Positions 1 to 9,259 of a DNA stretch of 64,000 nt are shown here, in pieces. The position numbers and the translations under genes are program-made. The notes below the pieces were generated by a model. That model searched no databases and was not told the DNA's origin. It saw nothing but the letters and a program-made list of their open reading frames with translations. Positions within the stretch are counted from its first letter, which is position 1. Every line of letters begins with the position of its first letter. Where the stretch lies: the NCBI GenBank assembly GCA_902611605.1, contig CACMAH010000005.1:29156-93155 (forward strand). The letters run 5' to 3'. The stretch is from an uncultured Alphaproteobacteria bacterium (GTDB lineage: Bacteria; Pseudomonadota; Alphaproteobacteria; Rhodobacterales; Rhodobacteraceae).

Positions 1-514
1 TCTTATCACAAGAAAAATATTCATTTACGATCTCATAGACTTTTTTATTTGGTTTAAACAAACCCAATTTCTCTGCTGATAAAATGACTTCTAAATAATC
101 ACCTATTTTTGAGCTCGTAACTGCATCATTAAGCATTTCAATAGTTCCATTTGATAAAATAGCTGAAGAACAACTCATTGATTTTAAATACTTTAAAACT
201 TCCATAACTTCTGGGAATGTATCAAGTTTTCTATAAAGTTTAAGTAAGTTATTTCTTATATTTTTGTTGTCTTTTAAATTATAAAATTCCAAAGCATAAT
301 CCAAAGAATCTTCTGTTACTTTCCAAAAATTGGTTTTATAACCAATTGAAGTATAATACCATGTATATGCAATCTGTTTGTCACGCCATAATTTAGAAAC
401 CTTTTCCCAGGTATTTATAAAATTTATGTCAGCTGTCTCTTTGGAGTAATTCCTTGCAGCAGCATTAACATCAAATAAGGTCCCATAAGCATCAAAGATC
501 ACTACCTTTTTCAT
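1..514 (-). CDS. HAD-superfamily hydrolase, 2-haloacid dehalogenase type II-like (3' end runs off the window)
   Basis: Absent from the ORF track because there is no stop inside the window. My translation of the minus strand from the ATG at 512-514 gives MKKVVIFDAYGTLFDVNAAARNY...ILSNGTIEMLNDAV...GLFKPNKKVYE. This shows HAD motif I (DxYGTL) and the SNG motif II region. Confidence 0.7.
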   Translation of the reverse strand, partial: MKKVVIFDAYGTLFDVNAAARNYSKETADINFINTWEKVSKLWRDKQIAYTWYYTSIGYKTNFWKVTEDSLDYALEFYNLKDNKNIRNNLLKLYRKLDTFPEVMEVLKYLKSMSCSSAILSNGTIEMLNDAVTSSKIGDYLEVILSAEKLGLFKPNKKVYEIVNEYFSCDK

Positions 515-545
515 TTAAATACTCCAAAAAAAAAGGAAATATTGG

Positions 546-1334
546 TTAGATATTTTCAATTTGTGGAAGACCCATTACATGGTATCCACCATCAACATAT
601 ATTATTTCACCAGTAGTGGAAGAACTACTATCACTTAATAAATAAAGAGCTGCATTTCCAACAGCTTCAAGATTTGCATTTTGTCTCAATGGAGAATTTT
701 TTTCAGTAGCCCTAAATACTTGCCTTGCTCCTCCAATTGCAGCTCCTGCTAAAGTTTTCATAGGGCCTGGACTAATTGCATTAACTCTAATTTTATCAGG
801 ACCTAAATCATTTGCAAGATACCTTACAGAAGACTCTAAAGCAGCTTTTACGGGGCCCATAACATTATAATTTGGAGTGACCCGTTGACTTCCCATGTAA
901 GAAACTGTGAGTAAAGAACCTCCTTGAGGCATTAATGGAATACATCTTTTTGCTAAATTTACAAAACTATAGCAAGAAATGTCTAAAGATTTTAAAAAAT
1001 TCTCTCTTGAAGAATTAACAAATCTACCATTTAACTCTTCTTTATCTGAATAAGCCAATGCATGAACTAAAAAATCTAACTTCCCCCACTTTTTCTTAAT
1101 CTCTTTAAAAAGATTATCCAAAGAATTTTCATTTTGTACATCTGCTAACATACAAATTTTGGCATTTATACTCTCAGCTAGTGGGCCTACTCTCTTTAAC
1201 AAATTTTCATTTTGATAAGATAAAGCTATTTCTGCACCAGAATTAGATAATACTTTAGAAATACCCCAAGCAATAGACCTCTCATTAGCAACACCTAGAA
1301 TTAAACCACACTTATTTTCAATTGTAATTGGCAT
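546..1334 (-). CDS. fabI: enoyl-[acyl-carrier-protein] reductase (NADH) FabI
   Basis: 262 aa. It has the N-terminal GVANERSIAWGI nucleotide-binding motif and the SYMGSQRVTPNYNVMGPVKAALE catalytic Tyr/Lys region. The start overlaps the fabB stop by 1 nt (TAATG on the minus strand, 1332-1336). Confidence 0.9.
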   Translation of the reverse strand: MPITIENKCGLILGVANERSIAWGISKVLSNSGAEIALSYQNENLLKRVGPLAESINAKICMLADVQNENSLDNLFKEIKKKWGKLDFLVHALAYSDKEELNGRFVNSSRENFLKSLDISCYSFVNLAKRCIPLMPQGGSLLTVSYMGSQRVTPNYNVMGPVKAALESSVRYLANDLGPDKIRVNAISPGPMKTLAGAAIGGARQVFRATEKNSPLRQNANLEAVGNAALYLLSDSSSSTTGEIIYVDGGYHVMGLPQIENI

Positions 1335-2560
1335 TAGTCTATCAGTTTGCTAAAAGCCAAAGTTGCATTAGTCCCACCAAAACCAAAACTGTTAGATAAT
1401 ACTGTATCAAACTCAACATTCTGTCTAGATTTGATCAATATTTCATTGGATTTAACAGAGTCATCTAAGTTAAAAACATTTTTACTTGCCGATAAAAAGC
1501 CTGATTTCATCATCAAAATAGAATATATAGCTTCATGAACACCAGCAGCTCCTAAACTATGACCAGATAGAGACTTTGTGGATGAAATAGGTGGCATATT
1601 TTCAATTCCAAAAATTCTTCTAATTGCTTCAACCTCAACTACATCTCCTGCAGGTGTTGAAGTGCCGTGAGCATTTATATAGGTAATTTTTCTATCTTTA
1701 ATATTAGACAATGCAAGTTTCATTGATCTTTCACCACCTTCACCTGAAGGAGCTACCATATCATGACCATCGGAAGTTGCACCATATCCAGTTATTTCTG
1801 CATAAATATTTGCACCCCTAGCCTTGGCATGCTCATAACATTCTAGTACCAAAACTCCAGCACCTCCTGAAATTACAAAGCCATCTCTATCCTTATCATA
1901 AGCTCTAGACGCAATTTCTGGTTTATCATTATACTTACTAGACATGGCGCCCATTGCATCAAAAAGACAAGACAGTGTCCAATCTAATTCTTCACCCCCC
2001 CCTGCAAATATTACGTCTTGTTTCCCTAATTGAATCTGCTCTAACCCATTTCCAATACAGTGAGCTGATGTGGAACAAGCTGATGAAATTGAATAATTCA
2101 CTCCTTTTATTTTAAATGGAGTAGCTAAACATGCCGAATTAGTAGAAGACATTCCTCTTGTAACCATAAAAGGACCCATTCTTTTAGGACTCTTTTTTTC
2201 TAGAACTATTTGATGAGCGGCAAATAAATTCTTTGTAGATGGTCCACCAGATCCTACTATAAGACCAGTTCTTTCATTCGATACTTCCATCTCAGTTAAA
2301 CCACTATCTTTTATTGCCTGTTCCATTGCAATATAGTTGAAAGCAGCTCCATCACCCATGAATCTTAATTGTCTTTTATCTATTCGATCAGATAGATTAA
2401 TTTTTGGCATGCCATGAACTTGAGATCTAAAACCATGGAATTCGTATTCTTCAGAAAATGTTATGCCAGATTTTCCATTTTTTAAAGATTCTGTTACTTC
2501 TGTTGCATCTACTCCAATCGATGAAACAATACCTAAACCTGTTACAACTACTCTTTTCAT
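1334..2560 (-). CDS. fabB: 3-oxoacyl-ACP synthase I (KAS I)
   Basis: 408 aa condensing enzyme with active-site Cys context [10 protein letters not shown], plus HGTSTP and [12 protein letters not shown] motifs. It is operonic with fabA, which favours FabB over FabF (inference). Confidence 0.85.
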   Translation of the reverse strand: MKRVVVTGLGIVSSIGVDATEVTESLKNGKSGITFSEEYEFHGFRSQVHGMPKINLSDRIDKRQLRFMGDGAAFNYIAMEQAIKDSGLTEMEVSNERTGLIVGSGGPSTKNLFAAHQIVLEKKSPKRMGPFMVTRGMSSTNSACLATPFKIKGVNYSISSACSTSAHCIGNGLEQIQLGKQDVIFAGGGEELDWTLSCLFDAMGAMSSKYNDKPEIASRAYDKDRDGFVISGGAGVLVLECYEHAKARGANIYAEITGYGATSDGHDMVAPSGEGGERSMKLALSNIKDRKITYINAHGTSTPAGDVVEVEAIRRIFGIENMPPISSTKSLSGHSLGAAGVHEAIYSILMMKSGFLSASKNVFNLDDSVKSNEILIKSRQNVEFDTVLSNSFGFGGTNATLAFSKLID

Positions 2561-2607
2561 AAAATTTTCCTCTAGAAATTAACTAAAATAAAAATTCTTT
2601 TAAAATG

Positions 2608-3099
2608 TTAATTTTCAAATAATCCAACTTTTAGTCCTTTAGCAACAAAAATTTCTTCACCATCAGCAAATACTTTACCATCAGCTATTCCTAGCTTTAA
2701 CCTTCTATCTAAAACTCTTGAAAAATTAATCTCATATTTAACTAGTTTTGTACTTGGAGTTACCATTCCCTTAAATTTTACCTCACTTACTCCAAGTGCT
2801 CTACCACGACCTTTAAGTCCTCTCCAACCTAGATTAAATCCTGTTAATTGCCAAAGAGCATCTAAGCCAAGACAGCCAGGCATTACTGGGTCACCAACAA
2901 AATGACAATCAAAAAACCACAAATCTGGACTAATTACCAATTCTGCAATCACATGCCCCATTTTATTTATTCCACCATCTTTAGAAATATCACAAATACT
3001 ATCAAACATAAGCATTGGAGGCATAGGCAGTTGAGGATTTCCAATACCAAACATTTCGCCACTAGAACATTTTAATAATTCCTGTCTGCTAATTTTCAT
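2608..3099 (-). CDS. fabA: 3-hydroxydecanoyl-ACP dehydratase/isomerase
   Basis: 163 aa hot-dog fold protein with the FabA active-site block [24 protein letters not shown]. Confidence 0.9.
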   Translation of the reverse strand: MKISRQELLKCSSGEMFGIGNPQLPMPPMLMFDSICDISKDGGINKMGHVIAELVISPDLWFFDCHFVGDPVMPGCLGLDALWQLTGFNLGWRGLKGRGRALGVSEVKFKGMVTPSTKLVKYEINFSRVLDRRLKLGIADGKVFADGEEIFVAKGLKVGLFEN

Positions 3100-3300
3100 A
3101 TTTAAACCAATTCAATTATTATATTTAACTATTCATATCACTGTTATTAATATAGGCGCAAGAAATACCTAGAAATATATCTAAAACTTAAAATAACTGT
3201 TATATTTAAATATAGTTTATAAATAACAAAAAAATTTCAATTATATATTGATGAAAAAAATTTTAAATATTATTATAAGTTATTATCATTTAGTGTAACC

Positions 3301-3717
3301 ATGATGAATCCGAATAAATTTTGTGCTACAAATTGGCTTTATAAAGTTGGCTTACGCCCCACAAAACAAAGAATATTGTTGGCAAACCTTTTAATGGGAG
3401 ATGGAAAACATCAACACTTTACAGCTGAAGACCTTTTTGAAAAAGCAAAAATATGCAAATTAAAAGTTTCATTAGCAACAGTTTATAATACCTTACATTC
3501 TTTTTCCGAATCTGGCCTTTTAAATAAAGTTATTGTTGATGGTTCCCGCTGTTATTTTGATACCAGACTCGATAATCATTCTCATTTCTTTTGGGAAGAA
3601 ACAGGAAAATTAACTGATGCACCTGGAAATTTTTTAGAAATCAAAAATTTGCCAAAACCGCCAAAAAATTCAAAAATTACAAATGTAGATATAATAATTC
3701 GTCTTAAAGAAAATTAA
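3301..3717 (+). CDS. irr: Fur-family iron response regulator Irr
   Basis: 138 aa. The blocks GLRPTKQRILLANLL...HFTAEDLFEKA...VSLATVYNTLHSFSESGLL..VIVDGSRCYFDT and the C-terminal DIIIRLK closely parallel rhizobial Irr as I recall it. The gene is divergent from fabA, the conserved alphaproteobacterial arrangement. Confidence 0.8.
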   Translation: MMNPNKFCATNWLYKVGLRPTKQRILLANLLMGDGKHQHFTAEDLFEKAKICKLKVSLATVYNTLHSFSESGLLNKVIVDGSRCYFDTRLDNHSHFFWEETGKLTDAPGNFLEIKNLPKPPKNSKITNVDIIIRLKEN

Positions 3718-3786
3718 ATTTTCCTTCAGCTTTTCTTGATACTTACTTATTATAAACTAACCTGTTATTAATAATTTATTTGTTTA

Positions 3787-4689
3787 ATGATGTTTAATTT
3801 ATTCAAAAAGAAAGAAAAAGAGTCCTCTAGATTAGTTGGACTTGATATAGCCCTGAAAGTAAGTGGTTTTGTAACAGGGAAGGAGCATTTACATTATGGT
3901 TTGTGGGATAAATTAGAAGTTAATCTTGATAACCTAGGAAAAGCACAGGAAGCTTATACAGATCTTTTATTTAAATATTTACCTAAGAAAAAAAAAAATA
4001 ATAAATTAGAAATTTTAGATATTGGGGGTGGTGCAGGTGAGAATGCAAAAAAATTAATTGCTTTGGGACATAAAGTCACAATAATAGTTCCTAGTAAAAT
4101 CTTGGCTGAGCACGCAAAAAAAAATACAAATAATAAAGCCAAGATATTAATTACAACATTTGAAGATTATTTACCAAAAAATAATCTGTTTGATTTGTGC
4201 CTTTTCGCCGAAAGCTTTCAATACATTCCTATAAAAATAGCTCTACGAAAAGCTAGTAGTCTTTTAAATAATGATGGTGAAATCTTAATTGCAGATTGTT
4301 TTAGATCTGAAAAAAAACAAGAAGGAATATTACGTCAGCCTGGTGGTGGAGCATCGTTAATAAGTATGGAAAAGGAATTAAGAATACAAAAAATTAATGT
4401 AATTGTAAAAAAAGAAATAACTAAATTAGTGGCCCCATCTATACAATTAGAGCAAAAGTTTTACAATACTTTGGGTTTTTCAATTAAAAGAATTATAGCT
4501 AGTCTAAAAATAAATAGACCATTTACTTTAAAATTTTTAAATATTTTTTACAAAATTTTAATTAGTAAAAGAAAACGATTACGTTTAGAGAATAGACTAT
4601 TTAAAAACAAGAGAACAATAAAGTCATTTCTAGAATATAATAATTATATGATATACAAGTTAAAGCCTCAAAAAGAAATTAATTCTTGA
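3787..4689 (+). CDS. class I SAM-dependent methyltransferase, substrate unknown
   Basis: 300 aa with SAM motif I ILDIGGGAGENA, preceded by an HLHYGLWD motif of the kind seen in small-molecule N/O-methyltransferases. The C-terminal ~100 aa are basic and unrecognised. Confidence 0.7.
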   Translation: MMFNLFKKKEKESSRLVGLDIALKVSGFVTGKEHLHYGLWDKLEVNLDNLGKAQEAYTDLLFKYLPKKKKNNKLEILDIGGGAGENAKKLIALGHKVTIIVPSKILAEHAKKNTNNKAKILITTFEDYLPKNNLFDLCLFAESFQYIPIKIALRKASSLLNNDGEILIADCFRSEKKQEGILRQPGGGASLISMEKELRIQKINVIVKKEITKLVAPSIQLEQKFYNTLGFSIKRIIASLKINRPFTLKFLNIFYKILISKRKRLRLENRLFKNKRTIKSFLEYNNYMIYKLKPQKEINS

Positions 4690-4744
4690 GTAATTATTTT
4701 ATAATTTATCATTAACAACTGATAAGTTATATTTAATTACTGCA

Positions 4745-5092
4745 TCAACCACAAAAAACATTAGTTATTCTTCTGTCTGAACCAATTACTAAATTTAATC
4801 GAGAACTATAATTTTCATCAATGCTTTGATCTTGATATTCGTTAAGTACTCTTGTGTCAGCAGGATATTCCATCGCAGCTAAAGCTGTTTCAGGTTGTCC
4901 TATAAGGAAACTAAGAGTGTCTGCTAGACACTCACCAGTTGAAGTTGATTTACTTTCCTCTGTTTCAACTTTCAAAGGAACAGGACCACCTTGAATAAAG
5001 TCATAATTATTATAGGCACCCTGTGTTGTAGTATTACAGGCAGAAATTAAACAAAAACAAAAACAAAAACAAATATAAAAAAACTTTTTCAT
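4745..5092 (-). CDS. lipoprotein, peptidase inhibitor I78-like
   Basis: 115 aa with signal peptide and lipobox LISAC. The C-terminal pattern C..D....LIGQ......A.......RV.........D....RLNLVI....RITNVFCG resembles the I78 inhibitor family; this is a pattern match from memory, not a search. Confidence 0.5.
   Translation of the reverse strand: MKKFFYICFCFCFCLISACNTTTQGAYNNYDFIQGGPVPLKVETEESKSTSTGECLADTLSFLIGQPETALAAMEYPADTRVLNEYQDQSIDENYSSRLNLVIGSDRRITNVFCG
5049..5072. repeat. in-frame hexanucleotide microsatellite (AAACAA)x4, which is (TGTTTT)n on the coding strand
   Basis: C residues fall at 5052, 5058, 5064 and 5070, exactly 6 nt apart in an A background. The tract encodes the CFCFCFC stretch of the lipoprotein signal peptide. 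Confidence 0.9.
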
Positions 5093-5132
5093 AACAAATA
5101 TAATTCCTATAATTTTATTCTAAATTCAATAC

Positions 5133-7073
5133 TTATTTATTTAAACGATTTTCAATTAAGTTATTAACAACAGTTGGATCAGCTAAAGTTGAAGTATCAC
5201 CTAAGTCTTCATATTTATTTTCTGCAATTTTTCTTAATATTCTTCTCATAATTTTTCCAGATCTTGTTTTTGGAAGATTGGGGGACCATTGGATTAAGTC
5301 TGGTTTCGCAATAGGACCAATTTCTTTTCTTACCCATGCCTCTAGATCTTTGGTTAATTCTTCAGTTGGATTTTCTCCAACCATAAGAGTTACAAAAGCA
5401 TAAATTCCTTGTCCTTTGATCTTGTGTGGATAACCCACTACAGCACTTTCTGATACTAAAGGATGAGATACTAATGCACTTTCAATTTCAGCAGTGCCCA
5501 TCCTATGACCAGAAACATTTAGAACATCATCCACTCTTCCAGTTATCCAATAATACCCGTCTTTATCTCTTTTACAACCATCACCAGAAAAATAATATCC
5601 TTTAAAATCACTAAAATAAGTTTTAACAAATCTTTCATGATCACCGAAAACTGTTCTCATTTGGCTAGGCCAACTATCCTCAAAAGCTAATACACCTTCA
5701 ACATTATTACCAACCAATTTTTGACCTGTTTTAGGGTCCATAATCACAGGCCTAATACCAAAAAAAGGATTGGTTGCAGATCCTGGTTTGGTAGGTGTCG
5801 CTCCAGGCAAAGGAGTAATAAGTATTCCTCCAGTTTCGGTTTGCCACCAAGTATCTACTATTGGGCACTTACCTTTGCCTACTACCCTGTTATACCACTC
5901 CCATGCTTCAGGGTTAATAGGTTCACCAACTGTACCCAAAATTCTAAGACTTGATAAATTACAATTATTTACAAAATCATCACCTTGTCCCATTAATGCC
6001 CTTATAGCTGTGGGAGCTGTATAAAATTGATTTACATTATGTTTTTCACATACTTGCCAAAATCTTGAACAGTCTGGATATGTTGGTACCCCTTCAAACA
6101 TTAAAGTGGTTGCGCCATTCGATAATGGTCCATAGACAATATAACTATGCCCTGTGATCCAACCAACATCAGCTGTACACCAGTAAATATCATCATCATG
6201 ATAATCAAAAATATACTCATGCGTTAGGGAAGCGTAAACAATATAACCACCAGTAGAATGCTGTACGCCCTTTGGTTTTCCAGTAGATCCAGAAGTATAC
6301 AAAATAAAAAGAGGGTCTTCGGCAGACATCTCTTCTGGAACATTCTTATCACTTACGTGATCATTCATTTCATTATATGAAAAATCCCTATTTTCTTTCA
6401 TGTAGACATTAGCCCCTGTTCTTTTAACTACTAATGTTTTTATATCACCAGAAATTTGTAGTGCTTTATTTACATTCTCTTTTAAAGGCACTGGTTTCCC
6501 GCCTCTAGGCCCTTCATCTGCTGTAACTACTAAACAAGCTCCACAATCAGTTATCCTGCTTGCAAGTGCTTCTGGGGAAAAACCTCCAAAAACAACTGAA
6601 TGTATAGCACCTATTCTAGCACATGCTAACATAGCATATGCAGCCTCAGGTATCATGGGCATATAAAGAATAACTCGATCTCCCTTATTCACACCTAATT
6701 CTTTATAAATATTTGATAGACGACAAACTTGCTCGTGTAATTCTCCATAGGTGATGTTTTTTGATAAGCTTGGCTCATCTGATTCCCAGATTATAGCAAC
6801 TTTATCCCTATTTTTTTTAAGATGCCGGTCGATACAGTTATAACTTATATTCAATGTTCCATCTTCATACCATTTTATAGATACATCATCATGAGAAAAA
6901 GAGGTGTTCTTTACTTTTGTAAAAGGATTGATCCAATCAATTCTATTTCCCATCTTTCCCCAAAACTTTTCAGGGTTTGAGATAGATTCTTTATACATTT
7001 CATTATATTTTTTTTTGTCAATTTTAAATGATTTGGAATATTGTGAATCGGGATAATAGATTTTTTCATCCAT
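5133..7073 (-). CDS. acs: acetyl-CoA synthetase (AMP-forming)
   Basis: 646 aa with AMP-binding motif [11 protein letters not shown] and C-terminal [17 protein letters not shown], the conserved acetylatable-Lys region. Confidence 0.95.
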   Translation of the reverse strand: MDEKIYYPDSQYSKSFKIDKKKYNEMYKESISNPEKFWGKMGNRIDWINPFTKVKNTSFSHDDVSIKWYEDGTLNISYNCIDRHLKKNRDKVAIIWESDEPSLSKNITYGELHEQVCRLSNIYKELGVNKGDRVILYMPMIPEAAYAMLACARIGAIHSVVFGGFSPEALASRITDCGACLVVTADEGPRGGKPVPLKENVNKALQISGDIKTLVVKRTGANVYMKENRDFSYNEMNDHVSDKNVPEEMSAEDPLFILYTSGSTGKPKGVQHSTGGYIVYASLTHEYIFDYHDDDIYWCTADVGWITGHSYIVYGPLSNGATTLMFEGVPTYPDCSRFWQVCEKHNVNQFYTAPTAIRALMGQGDDFVNNCNLSSLRILGTVGEPINPEAWEWYNRVVGKGKCPIVDTWWQTETGGILITPLPGATPTKPGSATNPFFGIRPVIMDPKTGQKLVGNNVEGVLAFEDSWPSQMRTVFGDHERFVKTYFSDFKGYYFSGDGCKRDKDGYYWITGRVDDVLNVSGHRMGTAEIESALVSHPLVSESAVVGYPHKIKGQGIYAFVTLMVGENPTEELTKDLEAWVRKEIGPIAKPDLIQWSPNLPKTRSGKIMRRILRKIAENKYEDLGDTSTLADPTVVNNLIENRLNK

Positions 7074-7136
7074 GATATTTTTCTTTCTTTATTTTTTTTC
7101 GACCTTAATATTACTATAATTCATAAACACAGCCTT

Positions 7137-8333
7137 TCAAATAACTGCAGCTATAGATGAAGAGAAATAATCAATTTGATCTTTATTTAATCCCGCAATG
7201 TTAATTCTTGAATCTCCTACCATATAGATACCAAACTCTGTTCTTAATCTTGCAACTTGATCAACCGATAAACCCATAAGGGAAAACATGCCTCTATGCC
7301 TTTCAATAAAATCAAATCTAGTTGAGTTAGTGCTCCTTCTTAAAGAATCTGACAATAACTTTCTAAGTTCGAGCATTCCATTTCTCATACTATTTAATTC
7401 TTTTTCCCATAAATGTATTAATTCTTTATTTTGAGAGTTATTCCCTCCCAATATAATTTCGACAAGAGATGCTCCATAATCTGGAGGAAAAGAAAAAGTT
7501 ACTCTATTAAATGATTTTAAATTTTCTTCCACTAACTTGTGAATCTTTTTATCAGAAACTACCATCAAAGCAGCTCCTACCCTTTCCCTATATAAACCAA
7601 AGTTTTTTGAACAAGAAATCCCAATACATACTTCTGGCAAATTAGAAGCCATATATTGGACACCTTTAACATCATCATTTATTCCGTCCCCAAAACCTTG
7701 ATAGGCCAAATCAATCAAAGGAAGAATATTTTTTTTTTCACAAAATTGAGTAAGTTCAGTCCAATTTTCTAGGGATAAATTAGCCCCAGTTGGATTGTGA
7801 CAACAACCATGTAAAAGTAAAACATCTCCAGAACTAATTTTCTGAAGATCAGACATCATTCTAGAAAAATTTACTTCACAAGTATCATAATCGAAGTAAT
7901 TATAATTATTAAATTGAATACCTAAATGATTTAATATTGCAGCATGATTTGGCCAAGAAGGTGATGAAATCCAGACCCGCTTATCCTTTTCCATAGACCT
8001 TATTAAAAGTAATAACTGATGAAAAGCTCCCGTTCCACCCGGAGCTTGAGCGCCTATAATCTGATTTTTTGGAACAGCATCTGCTAAAACTAATTGACTA
8101 ATATTATCTATAAATCCTAAATTTCCGGAAAGGCCCACATAACTTTTAGTTTTTTGTGTATTGTTGAGTATTCTTGAAGCTTTTTGTACTGCATCCATAA
8201 TAGGTGTTTGGCCTTTATTATTTTTATAAACTCCAACACCTAAATCTATCTTTTCTTTTCTTTCATCGGCTTTATATAAAGACATTAAAGCCATAATTTT
8301 GTCTTCTGATTGTAATTTTAAATTTTCAAACAT
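7137..8333 (-). CDS. aspartate/aromatic amino acid aminotransferase (class I, AspC/TyrB type)
   Basis: 398 aa with N-terminal IDLGVGVYKNNKGQTP and PLP-Lys region SCSKNFGLYRERVG, both typical of AspC/TyrB. Confidence 0.85.
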   Translation of the reverse strand: MFENLKLQSEDKIMALMSLYKADERKEKIDLGVGVYKNNKGQTPIMDAVQKASRILNNTQKTKSYVGLSGNLGFIDNISQLVLADAVPKNQIIGAQAPGGTGAFHQLLLLIRSMEKDKRVWISSPSWPNHAAILNHLGIQFNNYNYFDYDTCEVNFSRMMSDLQKISSGDVLLLHGCCHNPTGANLSLENWTELTQFCEKKNILPLIDLAYQGFGDGINDDVKGVQYMASNLPEVCIGISCSKNFGLYRERVGAALMVVSDKKIHKLVEENLKSFNRVTFSFPPDYGASLVEIILGGNNSQNKELIHLWEKELNSMRNGMLELRKLLSDSLRRSTNSTRFDFIERHRGMFSLMGLSVDQVARLRTEFGIYMVGDSRINIAGLNKDQIDYFSSSIAAVI

Positions 8334-8399
8334 ATTGAACCAACTTAATATTTTATTTTAAAGTACATTTTATATTAAAATTTACAAATTAAAGATTTT

Positions 8400-9239
8400 T
8401 TAATTGAATTTGCCCCATTCACACCATGATCCATCATAAACCGAAACCCTTTTTGCACCAAGCCCTTTAAAAATAACATACAGAATTGATGCAGTCACTC
8501 CAGATCCACAGGATGTAATTAAATGTTTGGTTAAGTCAATTCCAAGTTCGTCTATTTTATTCTTAAGTATGTCTTTTGATTTTAAAGTATAATCAGAGTT
8601 TAACACGTCACCATAGTAAAGATTTATTGAATTTGGTATGTGACCACTTCTAAGACCCTTTCTAGGCTCTTTTTCAATTCCTAGAAATCGACTCGAAGAT
8701 CTTGCATCTATTATTTGAATATCTTGTGAATTCAAATATTTCATCACAAATTCCATAGTTACTACTAAATTTTTATCATAAGAAAAATTAAGCTTACAGG
8801 GTTTAAAATTTAAAACCTCTTTGTTAGTTGGCTTGTTCTCACTAATCCATTTCGGAAAACCTCCATCTAATATAAATACATTATGATATCCATATAAATG
8901 TAGTAACCACAATAATCTTGGAGCAGAAAATAACCCTAAACCATCATAAACAATAATATTCTGATTTTGTTTAATTCCAAATATTTCAAATTTATTAGAA
9001 AAATCTTTTTCGTTTAATGCCATATGTGGTAAATCTGAGTTTGCATCAGAAAAATTGTCTAAATCAAAAAAACTCGCACCAGGAATATGTTTGCTTTCAA
9101 ACTCCTTCAACCCTGACCTATCCACATTTGGTAAATGCCAGCTTGCATCTATAATTCTAACACTAGGATCGCTTAATCTTTGTTCCAGCCAATTTGTAGA
9201 AACAAAGTACTTATTATCACATAAATCATTTTTTTTCAT
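8400..9239 (-). CDS. sseA: 3-mercaptopyruvate sulfurtransferase (tandem rhodanese)
   Basis: 279 aa with two rhodanese domains. The active-site loop CGSGVTA is the mercaptopyruvate-type CG[ST]GVT rather than the thiosulfate-type CRKGVTA. Confidence 0.8.
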   Translation of the reverse strand: MKKNDLCDNKYFVSTNWLEQRLSDPSVRIIDASWHLPNVDRSGLKEFESKHIPGASFFDLDNFSDANSDLPHMALNEKDFSNKFEIFGIKQNQNIIVYDGLGLFSAPRLLWLLHLYGYHNVFILDGGFPKWISENKPTNKEVLNFKPCKLNFSYDKNLVVTMEFVMKYLNSQDIQIIDARSSSRFLGIEKEPRKGLRSGHIPNSINLYYGDVLNSDYTLKSKDILKNKIDELGIDLTKHLITSCGSGVTASILYVIFKGLGAKRVSVYDGSWCEWGKFN

Positions 9240-9259
9240 CAGATTAATCTTAACAAATC

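Noticed and set aside
3170-3183. Near-palindrome TAGAAATATATCTA in the fabA-irr spacer, considered as an Irr-box / iron control element (consensus as I recall it: TTTAGAA-N3-TTCTAAA).
   Set aside because: The half-sites match only partly (ccTAGAA / aTCTAAA) and the spacer is 4 nt rather than 3. AT-rich palindromes of this quality are expected by chance in this 200-nt AT-rich spacer.
3265-3295. ATTATTATAAGTTATTATCATT, considered as a Fur box just upstream of irr.
   Set aside because: It resembles the nATwAT hexamer logic only loosely. Any AT-rich spacer in this genome gives comparable matches, and without a scoring matrix and background the call is not supportable.
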